NCBI GenBank assembly: GCA_002633005.1
Contig: NMRA01000012.1
Coordinates: 186,001-250,000 of the forward strand
Source: Phoronis australis
Lineage: Eukaryota > Animalia > Phoronida
DNA: 64,000 nt
Reading direction: 5' to 3'
The notes beneath the pieces are model-generated. The model made no database searches and was not told where the DNA came from. It was given only the letters and a program-made list of their open reading frames with translations. Below are positions 1 to 11,740 of this stretch, piece by piece (positions within the stretch are counted from its first letter, which is position 1; each line of letters begins with the position of its first letter). Position numbers and translations under genes: made by a program.

Positions 1-205
1 GTTAGGAACCTGGAGATTTGATCAGTGTATACACCTACCTTAAGTAGCCTAACTCTGTTACATGATTGTAACAAGTATTCTTAGTCGGTCGCTATGTGCG
101 ATATACCAATGTGCGCTCATGTCACTATTTTGCATTGCTGTTGTTACTGATATCAGTAATAATGCTGCAGTTATATATATCAGTTGTGTTGTGTTGTTTG
201 TCCAG

Positions 206-307
206 GCGTCTAGAGGCTCAGCTAAAGTTCCACAACTTTAAACTGAGTGAAGAGAAGAAAATCGTATCTGAAGTCAATGCATTGACCCGTTCAAAGAAAG
301 TGCTGAG
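206..307 (+). CDS. Internal exon A of coiled-coil Bfr1/PPI-like gene (RLEAQLKFHNFKLSEEKKIVSEVNALTRSKKVL); the gene starts upstream of the window
   Basis: tttgtccag| acceptor and |gtaaag donor, 102 nt, phase 2-2, in frame with the next exon. Confidence 0.85.
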
Positions 308-431
308 GTAAAGTGTTACAGTTGTATATAATAATAATAATACGTTTATTTGTATTGAAGGCCACTGGCCCAAAGTACAATAAACAAAACAATTAATCAG
401 GCACATTTGCACAAGCAGTCAACCCATTTCA

Positions 432-932
432 CAGCTTGGAATTTTCCGCGGAAACGCGGATTTCCGCTTTTTTCAAATGTTCTGTCCGCGCATTTTATTA
501 TATTTCCGCGTAAAAAAAATGGGATTTGATATAAAATTTCTGCGGCAAATTCCTTACCGCGGCGTTGCAGACGACGTTCACCTCGAAAAGCGGAAGTTGC
601 TCTTTATGTTTCGGAGGAACGTAAATTGTCAACATTGCCGGGGCATCTGGGATAGCGTGGTGGGATTTTCAATGGCGTCTCGTGTTATTGTAAACCGCGG
701 CGACAAATACTACGGCTCTGCAGCCAAAAATGTTTGGGTTGGGAGTGGACGGACTAGCTAAAAGGCCGCAGACACATGCTACGGATGGTGGTAACGGTTT
801 TTTTATTTTTTTTTAGTCCTCCCGATTTTTTCCGGGGAAAGGTGCTCATCGACCATATCAAGGCTGGGTAGCGCGCATGATTTGGACCGTAAAAGTTTCC
901 GCGTTTTTTGTCACTGGTCATTCCAAGCCCTG
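432..932. mobile_element. Intronic MITE-like element with degenerate CAG(GG)CTTGGAAT termini
   Basis: cagcttggaat at the left end and attccaagccctg at the right; CpG-rich patch in an otherwise CpG-poor intron. Confidence 0.5.
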
Positions 933-1039
933 CCATTTAAGAGTTGTTCTTGTCTTTTAAGGGCAAAATACACCTATTTAACAGCAGATATATCTGGATT
1001 AACGAGCAGGCGTATTCAGGATTCTTGAGTTGGATGCCT

Positions 1040-1387
1040 CCATGAGACATGATTAAAAGACACAAGATATTTCGAAACTTACTTGTTTCATTCTTAAGTG
1101 GAAGTAAAATGTGACAACCTTTGGTATCCTTGGAACAAGTATTGGAGTTCATTTTGGTTGTATTCGAGAAGCCTGTTTTGAATAGCAGCAAACATTGTCG
1201 TGCCTTGTTTGCGTGACTTTCCTGTTACCATCTCTTTTTGTCACTCTTTGCAGTATTTCACACTTGTGCTATTGTGTATGTTACTAGCTTTTGCCCTGTG
1301 GTGGTAGTGCTGCGTCATTTTATTTCCACTTGAGAATGAAACAAGTATGTTTCGAAATATCGTGTGTCTTTTAGTCATGTCTCTTGG
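1040..1387. repeat. Inverted repeat pair of about 70 bp (1040-1111 and 1316-1387)
   Basis: catgagacatgattaaaagacacaagatatttcgaaacttacttgtttcattc is the near reverse complement of gaatgaaacaagtatgtttcgaaatatcgtgtgtcttttagtcatgtctcttg. Confidence 0.75.
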
Positions 1388-2261
1388 TCAGTTGCTTCAC
1401 CAATGTTCTGTTGAACGTCGAATTTCGTTCCGAGGATATGAACGGAATGGAGTGAAGATAGTCAACAATGACAAGTGCCGTGGCTTTAACGAGTTTTGCA
1501 TAACGGAAAACGTGCTAGCCAAGTACAGCAAGTATCTGTTTGTGTATATGTATATAATGACTCGGCCTAATTGTTTTATGAGCTGTGATTCAGCCAAATG
1601 GTGATATCACCTGTGATTCAGCCATCTTTTGGTTCTGTTGCCTAGTGACAGGATGTTAACATATGTTAGGAACCATATTTTATTTGATTTTCTTTAAATC
1701 TCTTCCTTTGAGCATGAAGCTATGTAGTTACAAAATCATGTATGTGGTGATGGAAAAGAGATTATGAACTTCTTTTCAATGGAATTCACAAGGTTTCTCA
1801 AAAGTTGCATTGGCTCTTTCCATTGAAAATTAAATTTCATATTTTCCATGTGAACATTTCTTGACTCTCATGATTTCGTGGAACTGGCGCAAATTTAATG
1901 TACTAATTTAGGAACCCCATTATAAATACAAATCATTTTGCTTTGTTTTTGCTGTCAACTGGTTACACAACAAGAGCAGGTTAAGATTATACAAAAATTC
2001 AAGGTACATTTCAGGCCTCATAGCTTGAGATCAGAGACTAGTCATTGATAGTTACAAGTTTAGTGAATTTGCATGGCATTGTCTTGTAGAGCATGGGCTC
2101 TCATCAATTTTTTCCAGTACACACAAACCTTTTGTGAATGCACACCCTGGCTTCAATTTCACTATCAAGTTTGTCACTGTTCATGTTACCGTGCCTGAAA
2201 TACAAGATCTTTTTAAGATTTATGTTAAGCCTTTTATTTAAATTTCAATATTTTATTTTAG

Positions 2262-2334
2262 TCAGTTTCTTATGGTGAAGAAAGAGTTTGATGAAATGAA
2301 GACACGGCAGAAGCATATCAGAGATGAAATAGAT
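2262..2334 (+). CDS. Exon B (SQFLMVKKEFDEMKTRQKHIRDEID)
   Basis: ttttattttag| acceptor and |gtaagt donor, phase 2-0, frame-compatible with exons A and C. Confidence 0.85.
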
Positions 2335-3623
2335 GTAAGTTATCAAGGCTTTGTTAATAATGTGTGAACAGGAAACACTTCCCTTACCACTCTTTAGTGT
2401 TGTGAGAGCACAAAAACGACCTCTGCTTGAGCCAATTTGTAATTCTGGTGGTCAAGACGGGTAGATTTAACATAGATGAAACACAATTTTTTTCATTTAC
2501 AGACATCTACCAGAATCATTTGAAATTTCCACTGCACAAAGGTGGTGATATGATGACATGATTAACAGTAAAGAGCTGAAAAAACTCGGATAAATTCCAT
2601 TGCAGTCTGAAAATCCAGTCCGTAGAAGTTACATATGAATTGTAGGTGGCAGGGCACGTTTGTGTACTAAATGCTCTATCGCCATCTAGTAACAAAGTAG
2701 ACAAACGTCAACATGGCGCTGCCATTTCAGAAATAGCTGTGCTATGTAATGTTTTTATGGGACAGAGTATATATGCTGGCGGTGGGGTTGGAGTGCTGTT
2801 CTCTTTGTCTGAAATGTTGAAAATTGAAACACATCTATGGGATCGTGATATAAGATTCAGGGGATTGGTTACATTTTTGCTAACACACTCATTCATTGAG
2901 CAATTTACTTCCTAATATCTAGTTATGCTTTGTTGATAAGAAAATATAGTGAGTAGTTGCATTCCCTACACTATGGTAATAGTCACTTACAGTAGTCGCA
3001 CATTTTGAGAACCAGTTTTCTCCTCTTACAGGCTTCTGTCCGATTCTCAAAATGCTGTACCCCTGTGACTATTGCAAGTGGTCTTATTATGATGTGGATT
3101 GGCTGTTTGTGGCCTTTGTGTGACTGATAGAGCAATGTAACACTGAGTGGACACTTTTTGGCACTTTTTGAGCTATTCTAACACCTTAGTCGTGTTACCG
3201 TCATGAGTGTGTCATGAGTTTTAGTTCATCTGATTATATCCTTGTCAATCGTAGCCCAAGCCATGCTGCATTCAGGCTATCTGAACGACACTGGTCACGC
3301 ACTCATGAACATGGCTGGCAGACCTGTTAACTGACTCACACACGCGGCCCCCACACTTACAGAACATAACTTAATAAATCGAAAAGCACAGCTCCTGAAG
3401 CACAAACACAACTCTAGCACCTGTACACAAAGACTGTTTGCTGAGTAATACATCTAATTCCTAGTGATGTGAGTCAGTGAAACATGGTTTGGGGATATAC
3501 AAGTCATGTGCGTGTGCGTGCATGTGTGTGTCATGAGCTGTGTTGTTTGGGTAGCCTGTCATTGACCTATGACTAACAACTTGTTTCAATCATTTACTAC
3601 TTTAAATAACACTTTGGTTGCAG

Positions 3624-3720
3624 GCCATACATAAAGGCATTATGAAGTTAAAGTCTCGTGAAGAAGAACTACGTAATGAGAGTCAAGCAACCCGCCAACA
3701 AATGAGCAGTCTGAAGCAAG
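3624..3720 (+). CDS. Exon C (AIHKGIMKLKSREEELRNESQATRQQMSSLKQ)
   Basis: ttgcag| acceptor and |gtaggt donor, phase 0-1, heptad-like charged sequence. Confidence 0.85.
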
Positions 3721-3911
3721 GTAGGTCAAGTACTATATAAATCTCAAACAACTATCCTGTTAGTTTTTATGACACTATTGTGAGTCATTTGAATCTCTTT
3801 TTCAAGGAAAGGTATAAAATAAAATTGGTTTACCCCCTTAGTCTCCCCTTCCTTGTTTTGAATTTGTGAAATTTTTCTCTCTATTAACCAAATGCTTTAT
3901 GTTTACTATAG

Positions 3912-4077
3912 AAATTGATGCTCTGTATGACAAGAAGCGCCACCTTGTGGCTGAGCACAAAAAGGAAGAGGCCACCTTCCACGCTATGAAGAATGAAATG
4001 CGGCGAAAACAGAAACAGAAGCAAACAAGGAAGATGGACCAAGAAAAGGTTGCAAAGGAGCCTAAAAAGCAGGATGG
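3912..4077 (+). CDS. Exon D (EIDALYDKKRHLVAEHKKEEATFHAMKNEMRRKQKQKQTRKMDQEKVAKEPKKQDG)
   Basis: tttactatag| acceptor and |gtgcgt donor, phase 1-2, lies within ORF 3866-4117. Confidence 0.85.
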
Positions 4078-4285
4078 GTGCGTTGTGTATTCTGTAACAA
4101 TTTGCGTATTTTGGTAGGAGACCAATATTAATTTTTCATTTATGAATTCATGATCTTGGGTGGAATTATTGCAATAAACAAGGCGTGAAACAAATTGTTG
4201 CTGATGCCTTTGAGGTGCATACAGAAGCAGATCAGCAATGCTTTATTAGTTTTTGGCTGACTCTTCACCCCGTCTTGTGAATCGA

Positions 4286-4547
4286 TTTCATGAAAACATG
4301 ACTTAAGACTTTAGTCAGAAGTTTGGTCTTGCACTCCACACAACTATTTCTGAAAAATTTCAATTGAGCAAAATTGCAAGGTCTTTGAAAATATACACAT
4401 AAATGCTAGTTATGGAGATAATTTATATGAATTATTTTTGGACTGTTATGCGCTCAGTTAGGCTAAACCTTTAACAGTTGTGACATGGGAGTGTAAGAGC
4501 AAATCTCTGTCTTAAGTCTTCAGTCACTTTTCATGAAACAGACCCCT
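4286..4547. mobile_element. MITE copy with TTTCATGAAACAGACCC terminus; same family at 42002-42306 and a fragment near 13590-13705
   Basis: shared core ctccacacaactatttctg...aaacctttt..cagcaattgt...tttcatgaaacagaccc, with TIRs. Confidence 0.7.
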
Positions 4548-4872
4548 GGGGAAGGCGACTTGACTTAAACAGAGTTATCCTCTTCTTTAGAATCTATGGC
4601 ATTTCAGGAAACGTGTATTGACATTAAGTCAGTTTCATGCTGGACAGCTACCTGTGCATTGTATTGTGGGAACACATGTACAACAACCAACTGTGTTTGT
4701 AAACAGAATTGTATCCAACTCTTTTAAAATTTAGATTTTAGTTGTTTTGTGCCTTTGATTGTCGCAATGTGTGAAAAGCTTTGTTTAACGCGACACGAGT
4801 ACATCTATTGCAGAGAAATGTTATTGCAGAAATAATTGTGTGTGTATCCACGTCTTTCTCTTGTTCTTCCAG

Positions 4873-5003
4873 TACTGATGTCCGTCACTTTGTCAAGCCA
4901 TATCAGGTTGAGAGGAAGTTATGTTCCGCGCTGACGCTATATCTTAAGCGGTTTGTTGCCCCCAGCGACCAAAGCGAATTACAGGGAACAGCAGTCAAGC
5001 ATG
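4873..5003 (+). CDS. Exon E (TDVRHFVKPYQVERKLCSALTLYLKRFVAPSDQSELQGTAVKH)
   Basis: long polypyrimidine tract ending ccag|; the |gtacaa donor is weak but is the phase-1 site needed to join exon F. Confidence 0.75.
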
Positions 5004-6400
5004 GTACAAAATAGACTGTAGAACGTGTCACACAGTGACAGTATTTCTCATTCAACACTATTGTCCTCCCCATTAACTCCAGTATACCAGTAATGTGGGG
5101 GTGTGAATCCTGACTGTTCATAAGTAGTTTTTGGTAGAACGGCGTCATTCAATTTGAGCTGGTCACATCTGCTCTTGTCGTTAAGGAGAGGGGGGTGCAA
5201 AAAAGTTGAAGGAGGCCTTACCTGTAATGACTAATTGGATTATTTAAATGAGTATCTGTTGCCTGATGCTCATTAAATGGGGATAGCACTGGATTCAGAA
5301 TGCCTGTGATTTTTTATTTCATTTTTATTTCTTTGAAACTGTGTTAATACAAAGTGTGTCACATTGACACAAGTATCTATGCTAACTGAAATTGATGTCG
5401 TTGCCAAGTTCTGTCTGATCATCCTGTTATGTGTCACCAGCCCACTTTAAGGGATATTATTGTTTATTGCCTAAAAATGAATTAGTTGGATTATTGGATA
5501 AAACAAACTTTTCTAAAGTCAGCAGTTTTGACCAGATCGATAAAACAACGGAATTTGTTGTGTTCTTGTGATTTTATTACAAACTGCCAATTCTCATTGT
5601 CTGCTAGACATTCGCTGAAATCGAGGCTGGTGACTGCTGGTTATATATGCTTAAAATAATCTGCTGTTTATCACATCTGTTTTAATTCTGTCAGCGGAGT
5701 GTTAGACTATGACTGCAAAGTTTTAGGTTTGAATCTGCCTTGGGGCTAATCTGAGAAAACCATGTTTCTCGATGATAATTTTTCATTAAATGTTAACTGG
5801 TGCCAACACAGAAGTAATCATGTAGTTTCTGAGCTTGTGAAATCAAACCAGTTAAGGCTGTTTGCAATAATGCACATGTGCTTAGCGGTTGTGTTCAAGC
5901 ACTTCTGCTATGTCACAGTTTTCTGATTGGCCCATATAAACGGAGCCAATGCAGATCGTCTTGCGTTGTGTCACGTAGCACTGACAAAATTATTATTTAA
6001 ACACGGCGTTTAACTAATTGGCATTCGAGTATCATTGTAACGCTAACTGTCTGTTATGTACTATTGAAATTCTTGTAATTAAGTTGTAATTTTAAAGATG
6101 AAATCATTTTCCAGTAGCCTATCTTAAATCCTAAATTATCATTATACCATTCTAAGTTTTTGTGTTTATCTCCATTGCTTTGCATTCGCCGTGATTCATT
6201 TGTTTTTTGCTGCCATGCGGGTTACTTTTACTTAAAAGATTCTTCTCATTCATGGCGCTGATGCCAGAAAAGTTTACTGCTTCGCAGCGAGCTGTATTGC
6301 TTGACATCATGAATTTTGAAAAGCAGGACAATTATCCGTGGATGTGCTCTACTGTCCTCGTACTTGTAGTACTTAATTAAAAATATATTTTGAAATTTAG

Positions 6401-6452
6401 TTATAAGTGACATTAAAATGTCACTTATAAGTGACATTAAAATGTCACTTAT
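6401..6452. repeat. Duplicated 24-bp palindromic unit ttataagtgacattaaaatgtcac
   Basis: two tandem copies, each self-complementary. Confidence 0.75.
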
Positions 6453-6701
6453 GAGCATAAAGCATAAATTGATTTGTTCCTGCAGATAACTAGTCTTTCT
6501 GTTGGCATTTGTAGTTACAAGTCACTTTGAGGATTAAGATGACTTATTCCCCTCAATTGGGCCCAGGTTCCACATTGTTCAAATTGGTCGTGTGGAGACT
6601 TTTTTCCCTCCTCAAACAGATATTTTGTCAGTCTTCTTTGTCATAGTCAAGGATTATCAACGAAGTAGTGAGTTGATATTGTACAATCTCTTCACATGCA
6701 G

Positions 6702-6841
6702 CCTCAGAGCCTGACCAACACCTCGATGGGGGATTGTACTTGCTAAAGAAAAAGGACGACGATGATGATCTTATGTTCTCTGGCTCCGTTAAGTCGCGTG
6801 CATCTAGGAGGTGTCGCCGCGATAAAAGAAAAAGTTACCAG
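6702..6841 (+). CDS. Exon F (ASEPDQHLDGGLYLLKKKDDDDDLMFSGSVKSRASRRCRRDKRKSYQ)
   Basis: ttcacatgcag| acceptor and cag|gtaaca donor, phase 1-0. Confidence 0.8.
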
Positions 6842-7753
6842 GTAACACTGAGCCACAAGTATAATAATGTGCACTAGAGTGATGGTGATGGTGCTTTGTT
6901 TGTGTCGACGTGTTTTCAACCCAGTGTATGTTTTGGGCAATTCTCAGGTAAATGGCCATATAAGTCACCACTGTCAGCCCATATTATGAGACCAGAGACA
7001 TTTAGCTGACTGTTTAGAGACATGGATTTAAAGTATATCTGCCTGATAAACCTTATATTCGCATTGACTTGAGGTTAAGCAAAAAGGTTATGTAGGACCT
7101 TATCAAAAAATATTTGCAAAAATACAAACTATAAGTTTTAGTAAAATATGTATTTTATGAAAAACAAATGCCAGTAGAATTTGGTGGTTGACTTTATACT
7201 AATCTGCAGAGACATTTATTTCAGTTAAATTTTACAACACAAAAATTATATTGCTATCATACAAGCCTTTTTATTTGTGGAATGATACATCACTTAGAAA
7301 TTTTTCCTCTTTTGGTCAATGGTCATTCCACGCCCTGTTGATATAAAAGTTCAAGTTCAAATCTCAAAAAGACTGAGTTGCAGTTTTCTCGGTTAACTTT
7401 TCATTTTATGAAATAAACATAAATGTCCCATTATTTGATAGTCCCTCATGCAAAAGTGGAACAATTGAATAATAATTCCTAACATTTCTTTTTATAACGG
7501 TGCATAAAGTATACTTCGGAAAGCTTCATATTAATCCAAACGGCCATTTCTGAATTTTAGTATTCCAAAGTTAGCCAAACTTGGAATTTTTCTAAGGTCC
7601 TACATAGGAACCTTTGATAGAGTTTTTACTTTCATTATAGTGATAAATGTAAGGCTCACAACTGGGGCAGTGCAATGAAAATAATCAATGTGACTAAATA
7701 TGGTTTTGTTTTCTAACCCAGATTGTTTTGAATACTCTTGATTTTTTTCACAG

Positions 7754-7870
7754 AGCAAGAGTATAGCGCACACGCCCGAGACGTTGAGCCAGTTTGCACA
7801 TTTAAATCTGAATGCGCCTTCGAGTTCTGATGAATTGCTAGCCTCTTTAGAGCAGCTCAAGGCGCGACAG
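7754..7870 (+). CDS. Exon G (SKSIAHTPETLSQFAHLNLNAPSSSDELLASLEQLKARQ)
   Basis: ttttttcacag| acceptor and cag|gtctgt donor, phase 0-0. Confidence 0.85.
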
Positions 7871-8231
7871 GTCTGTATTGGTAATACTGAGGGGTTCTGA
7901 TGAAACAGGCTAGCCAACTTTGTACTGGGGACGTGTTCCATCAGTCACCAGCGAGATACTTACAGGAAAAAACTGACTTATGCATGTGAAATTGTCAATT
8001 TCTCTTCCATAATTCAACATTTTGGTGTTGTTGTTGAATCACTTTCAGTGTCTGTCATTTCACTAATGCAAGATCAGTACTGGATTATCCATTAAGCTAA
8101 ATAAGTTACAGCTTGGGGCTTTGTGCAAAGTAGGGCCCCATCTCTTCCAAATTCAGAAGATGGTAGCCTTATCGAGTGCGCATCACCCCCTTTTGAATTA
8201 ATGTTCACCATTATCATATGAAGTTTTGTAG

Positions 8232-8350
8232 CACAAAATATATCATTATACCACAAAATATATCATTATACCACAAAATATATCATTATGCCACAAAATA
8301 TATCATTATACCACAAAATATATCATTATACCACAAAATATATCATTATA
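8232..8350. repeat. 20-bp minisatellite cacaaaatatatcattatac, about 6 copies
   Basis: direct tandem copies visible in the sequence. Confidence 0.95.
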
Positions 8351-9787
8351 TGGTTACTTGGCCAGAACTGGATCTAACATTGTTCTAAAAGAATCCCTAC
8401 TCAGCCATTTGTCGTCATGTACTCAGGCACTTGGAACATTTGCTGGGAAATTTTCCAATGGATTCTGTAGCTCTGATACTATATAATATATGAGTTTTTT
8501 GAAAGCGGCTTTAAACCTGTTTCCACTAAAGAGAAAGTTCGATTGCGACCATGTAAGACTTTAAAACTAGTCTCAACTTGTATCTTCATCTGGTGAGAAA
8601 TGGGTTTGTGGGCTTGGAAAGCACTGTCATTTCACTTGAGACCATGGCTAGTGCGTAAACTGATTTGTAGAGGCTGACCTTGACCTATAATGAACTGTCA
8701 GCTGCAAAATCTCCTCAAATGTGATTATGGAATAAGTTGAAACAAGCTGCAAGTGGTCTAAATCAAAAGCCTTTTTCACTGAAGGTGGGTCGCATCTTTA
8801 ACACAGTTTATGACTAATCTAATCTGGGATGAGTTGGCAACTTTGGTAATGTGTTTTAACGGAGTTTCGTTTCTGTGCCAAAGAGAATCGTCATTAGCTC
8901 TGTTTTAATGGTGCACTAGGAAAGGGTTTTCATTGCTTTCTGACATGTGGACCTTACCTGTCTTTAATTCCAGTGACTTATTTCAACATAAAAGCATTTA
9001 TTTTTGTCCATATAAAAATCTGTTGTATGCTGGTTTGTTGGGGACAAAGTGTTATTGTACTTGTATAAGCTTATCCAGATATAGACACAGGTGCTGTGTG
9101 TGAACTTGGAATTAAATATTCATAAAACTTATCAGATGAAACTTTTTGTTCATTTTAAATTTTTTTTTTCTAATTATTGGTCCTATAATCACCCATTTTC
9201 TCCGTTACCGTGACTTGTGTCCTAGAATAGGAGGAATGTGTGAATGGTTTATAAATCATTGTTTGGTGAATAAGATTTCCAATGAATGAAAAAAAGTAAA
9301 GGTTGATTTTACTTTAATGGAGTGTAACGTGAATCTGATTATTTGAGTGAAGTTTCCTATTGTATTCCAAGTTCATGCATACGCGATCTTGGGATTAAGC
9401 AGTATTCCAAGTTCAAGCACAACACATGCACCTATATGTGAAACACCTGAGTAAAACCAACAAGTAGTTTCTTCAAATATTATGCGAGTGAAACTTGATT
9501 TACCTACAACGAAATTCAATGAAATATACCCAGTATGTTATTAAATAAAAATTAATAAAAATAGACGAAAATGCAGTGTAAGGCAATGCACATTTTCATG
9601 TTATGTATGTACCCACCTGTACATGAAAGACTTGAGTTGAAAGTTCTCTTTGAAAAAATGTGTTGTTTTGGCTATAAGCGCGTGCTTCTAAATACATGCG
9701 AATACAGTACTAAAGTACAACCATTCTTTGGATTCTTTTGAAGCTCTTAGAGGTGATCATTATGCTGACCATTTTGTTTCTCTTCAG

Positions 9788-10204
9788 CTTTTCTATGAAC
9801 AAGAAGCGGAGAAAATAAAGTTGTCCTCGGAGGCTGGTGCGTGTCGCCAGGAAAGTGATAAATTTATCTCAAGCAATAATGACCTCGATGCTGACCAGGG
9901 TGCTGTAGCTATTGTAAGGGAGGTGCAATCTGGTGATAAGGATGGTGATAAGGATATTGATATTGATACTGTGAGCAGTGATGAAGTCCATGATACTAAG
10001 GAGTTGGCTGGTGAAGAAATATCCCCAGAAATGAGATTGGATAGTTCAGAAGTTGTAGAGGTTGACAATGAAGACTCTACTGTAGTCAATGAAGAGGCCT
10101 CGCAGAAGGTGTTTCCTTGTGACGTGTCACATATCAGATTAAAAGACCCGGATATTGACCATATTACACAACTGATGGAAACTTTGCAGACTCCTGAAGC
10201 ACAG
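9788..10204 (+). CDS. Exon H, acidic low-complexity region (LFYEQEAEKIKLSS...ETLQTPEAQ)
   Basis: tttctcttcag| acceptor inside ORF 9728-10213 and cag|gtttca donor, phase 0-0. Confidence 0.8.
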
Positions 10205-11299
10205 GTTTCATAACTGTGCGTGTGTGTAGGCCCTGATTGTACAGTGTTCTTTCATGTTCAACGGTTGCTTATCATAGTCAATGGTATACAATTGGGAATT
10301 TTTACTATGTGATTTGACAGCAGTTTTTGCCTCTTTCAAATGGCATTTTATACAGGTTAAATGATAGACATTATCATTCATCCTGACAAGATCCTTGATG
10401 CAAAATATATATATAAATCAAACCTTACAAAGGTTTAATATACATATTTTTACATTTTATACAGGTTTTTATGCAAATTACTGTTTGGTCATGTGTACCC
10501 AGAGTGGAACACCCTGTTCTTTCGTGACTGACAGATGTCAATCAATTTCTCAATCAGTCGTATGTGTCAAAACCATGATGAGTTCAGTGATGTTGATCAT
10601 TTTTGGGAAACTGCAGCGCGAAACTTGTTTGACTTTCATACCAAGACCATTTTTGATCTTTACTGAATCAAAAATTCAACATTCCGATGTAGTGGTCCAA
10701 TAACTTTGAATTGTTGCCATTTTCGGCTTGTGTACACTAACAAGGTGGTGAGCTTGCTTAGAACATGCTACTGAGGTGTTGTATTCCGTTAGTATGGTCT
10801 TTACAACCTCGCAAGATACCAGCCTAGTGTCTTGGCCACATATCGAGTGATGCTTGGCTGGTCTGACCAAGGCATTAGACTGTTACCTTATCGACTAATG
10901 CTCAGCTGATCCCGCAGATGTTTGTACCATGATGCCTAGCATAATCAGACTATTTTTTAACGAATCAGTTGTAGTCTAAGATTTTTTTACACTAACACAC
11001 AGCCGAATGTCCTGATATTCCCCAAATGTGACGGAGTCATCACTGAATGCTCCTGTGTCTTTTTGACTGAGTCATCATTCAATGCTCCCTTGTCTTCTCT
11101 GCACTATTTTCAAACTGGTGTCTTCAAATAGACTGGCTGACACACTGCCTACTTGTGATTTCTTTTGCATATCTTCCGGAAAAAACCTGACAGTGAGCAA
11201 AATAAACCAAAGAGGATGAAGTGAACATCAAAATGTACAGTATATTCTGTTTAAAATGTGTAATGCATTTCAAAACCTTTACCTTTTATGTTGCTTAAG

Positions 11300-11347
11300 A
11301 CTGAAGGATTGATACTTGAGGAGATGTTGAAGAGTTTATTGGAGACT
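11300..11347 (+). CDS. Probable exon I (TEGLILEEMLKSLLET)
   Basis: ttgcttaag| acceptor and |gtaagt donor, 48 nt, phase 0-0. Confidence 0.6.
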
Positions 11348-11695
11348 GTAAGTAGGTTGCATATTACTTACTATGATTCATACTTCATGCTATTTCTTGC
11401 GACAGGCAACTGAGAGTATATCTGTTCATTGATAATCTAAGCTAATACGATTGTCACTGTTCATAGGTATTGTGCCAAGGTATTGTGTTAGGCAAGACCA
11501 AGCAGTCTGAGGTTTTAGTAGTTAGCTAGAACGAAATTTTAATTTCAGTAATACAAAATTCTTTTGCAGAGAAATGCCATTTCAAAGATGGGGTGATTGT
11601 TTAGCGAAGCTTGAGTGATGTTTTTAGAGCAGTTTTACATAGATTTGAAGCCTGTAGGGACACATATTTGCATTTCTCACTGCTTGTAATAACAG

Positions 11696-11740
11696 GCTCA
11701 ATGCATGACAATTGCTCTGTGCAATAATACAGTTAATTGA
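11696..11740 (+). CDS. Possible terminal coding exon (AQCMTIALCNNTVN*), followed by a T-rich 3'UTR-like tract
   Basis: taacag| acceptor and in-frame TGA; candidate AATAAA near 14343. Confidence 0.4.
   Translation, partial: AQCMTIALCNNTVN

Noticed and set aside
7600-10089. Minus-strand ORFs 7600-7941 and 9793-10089
   Set aside because: Antisense shadows of exons G and H
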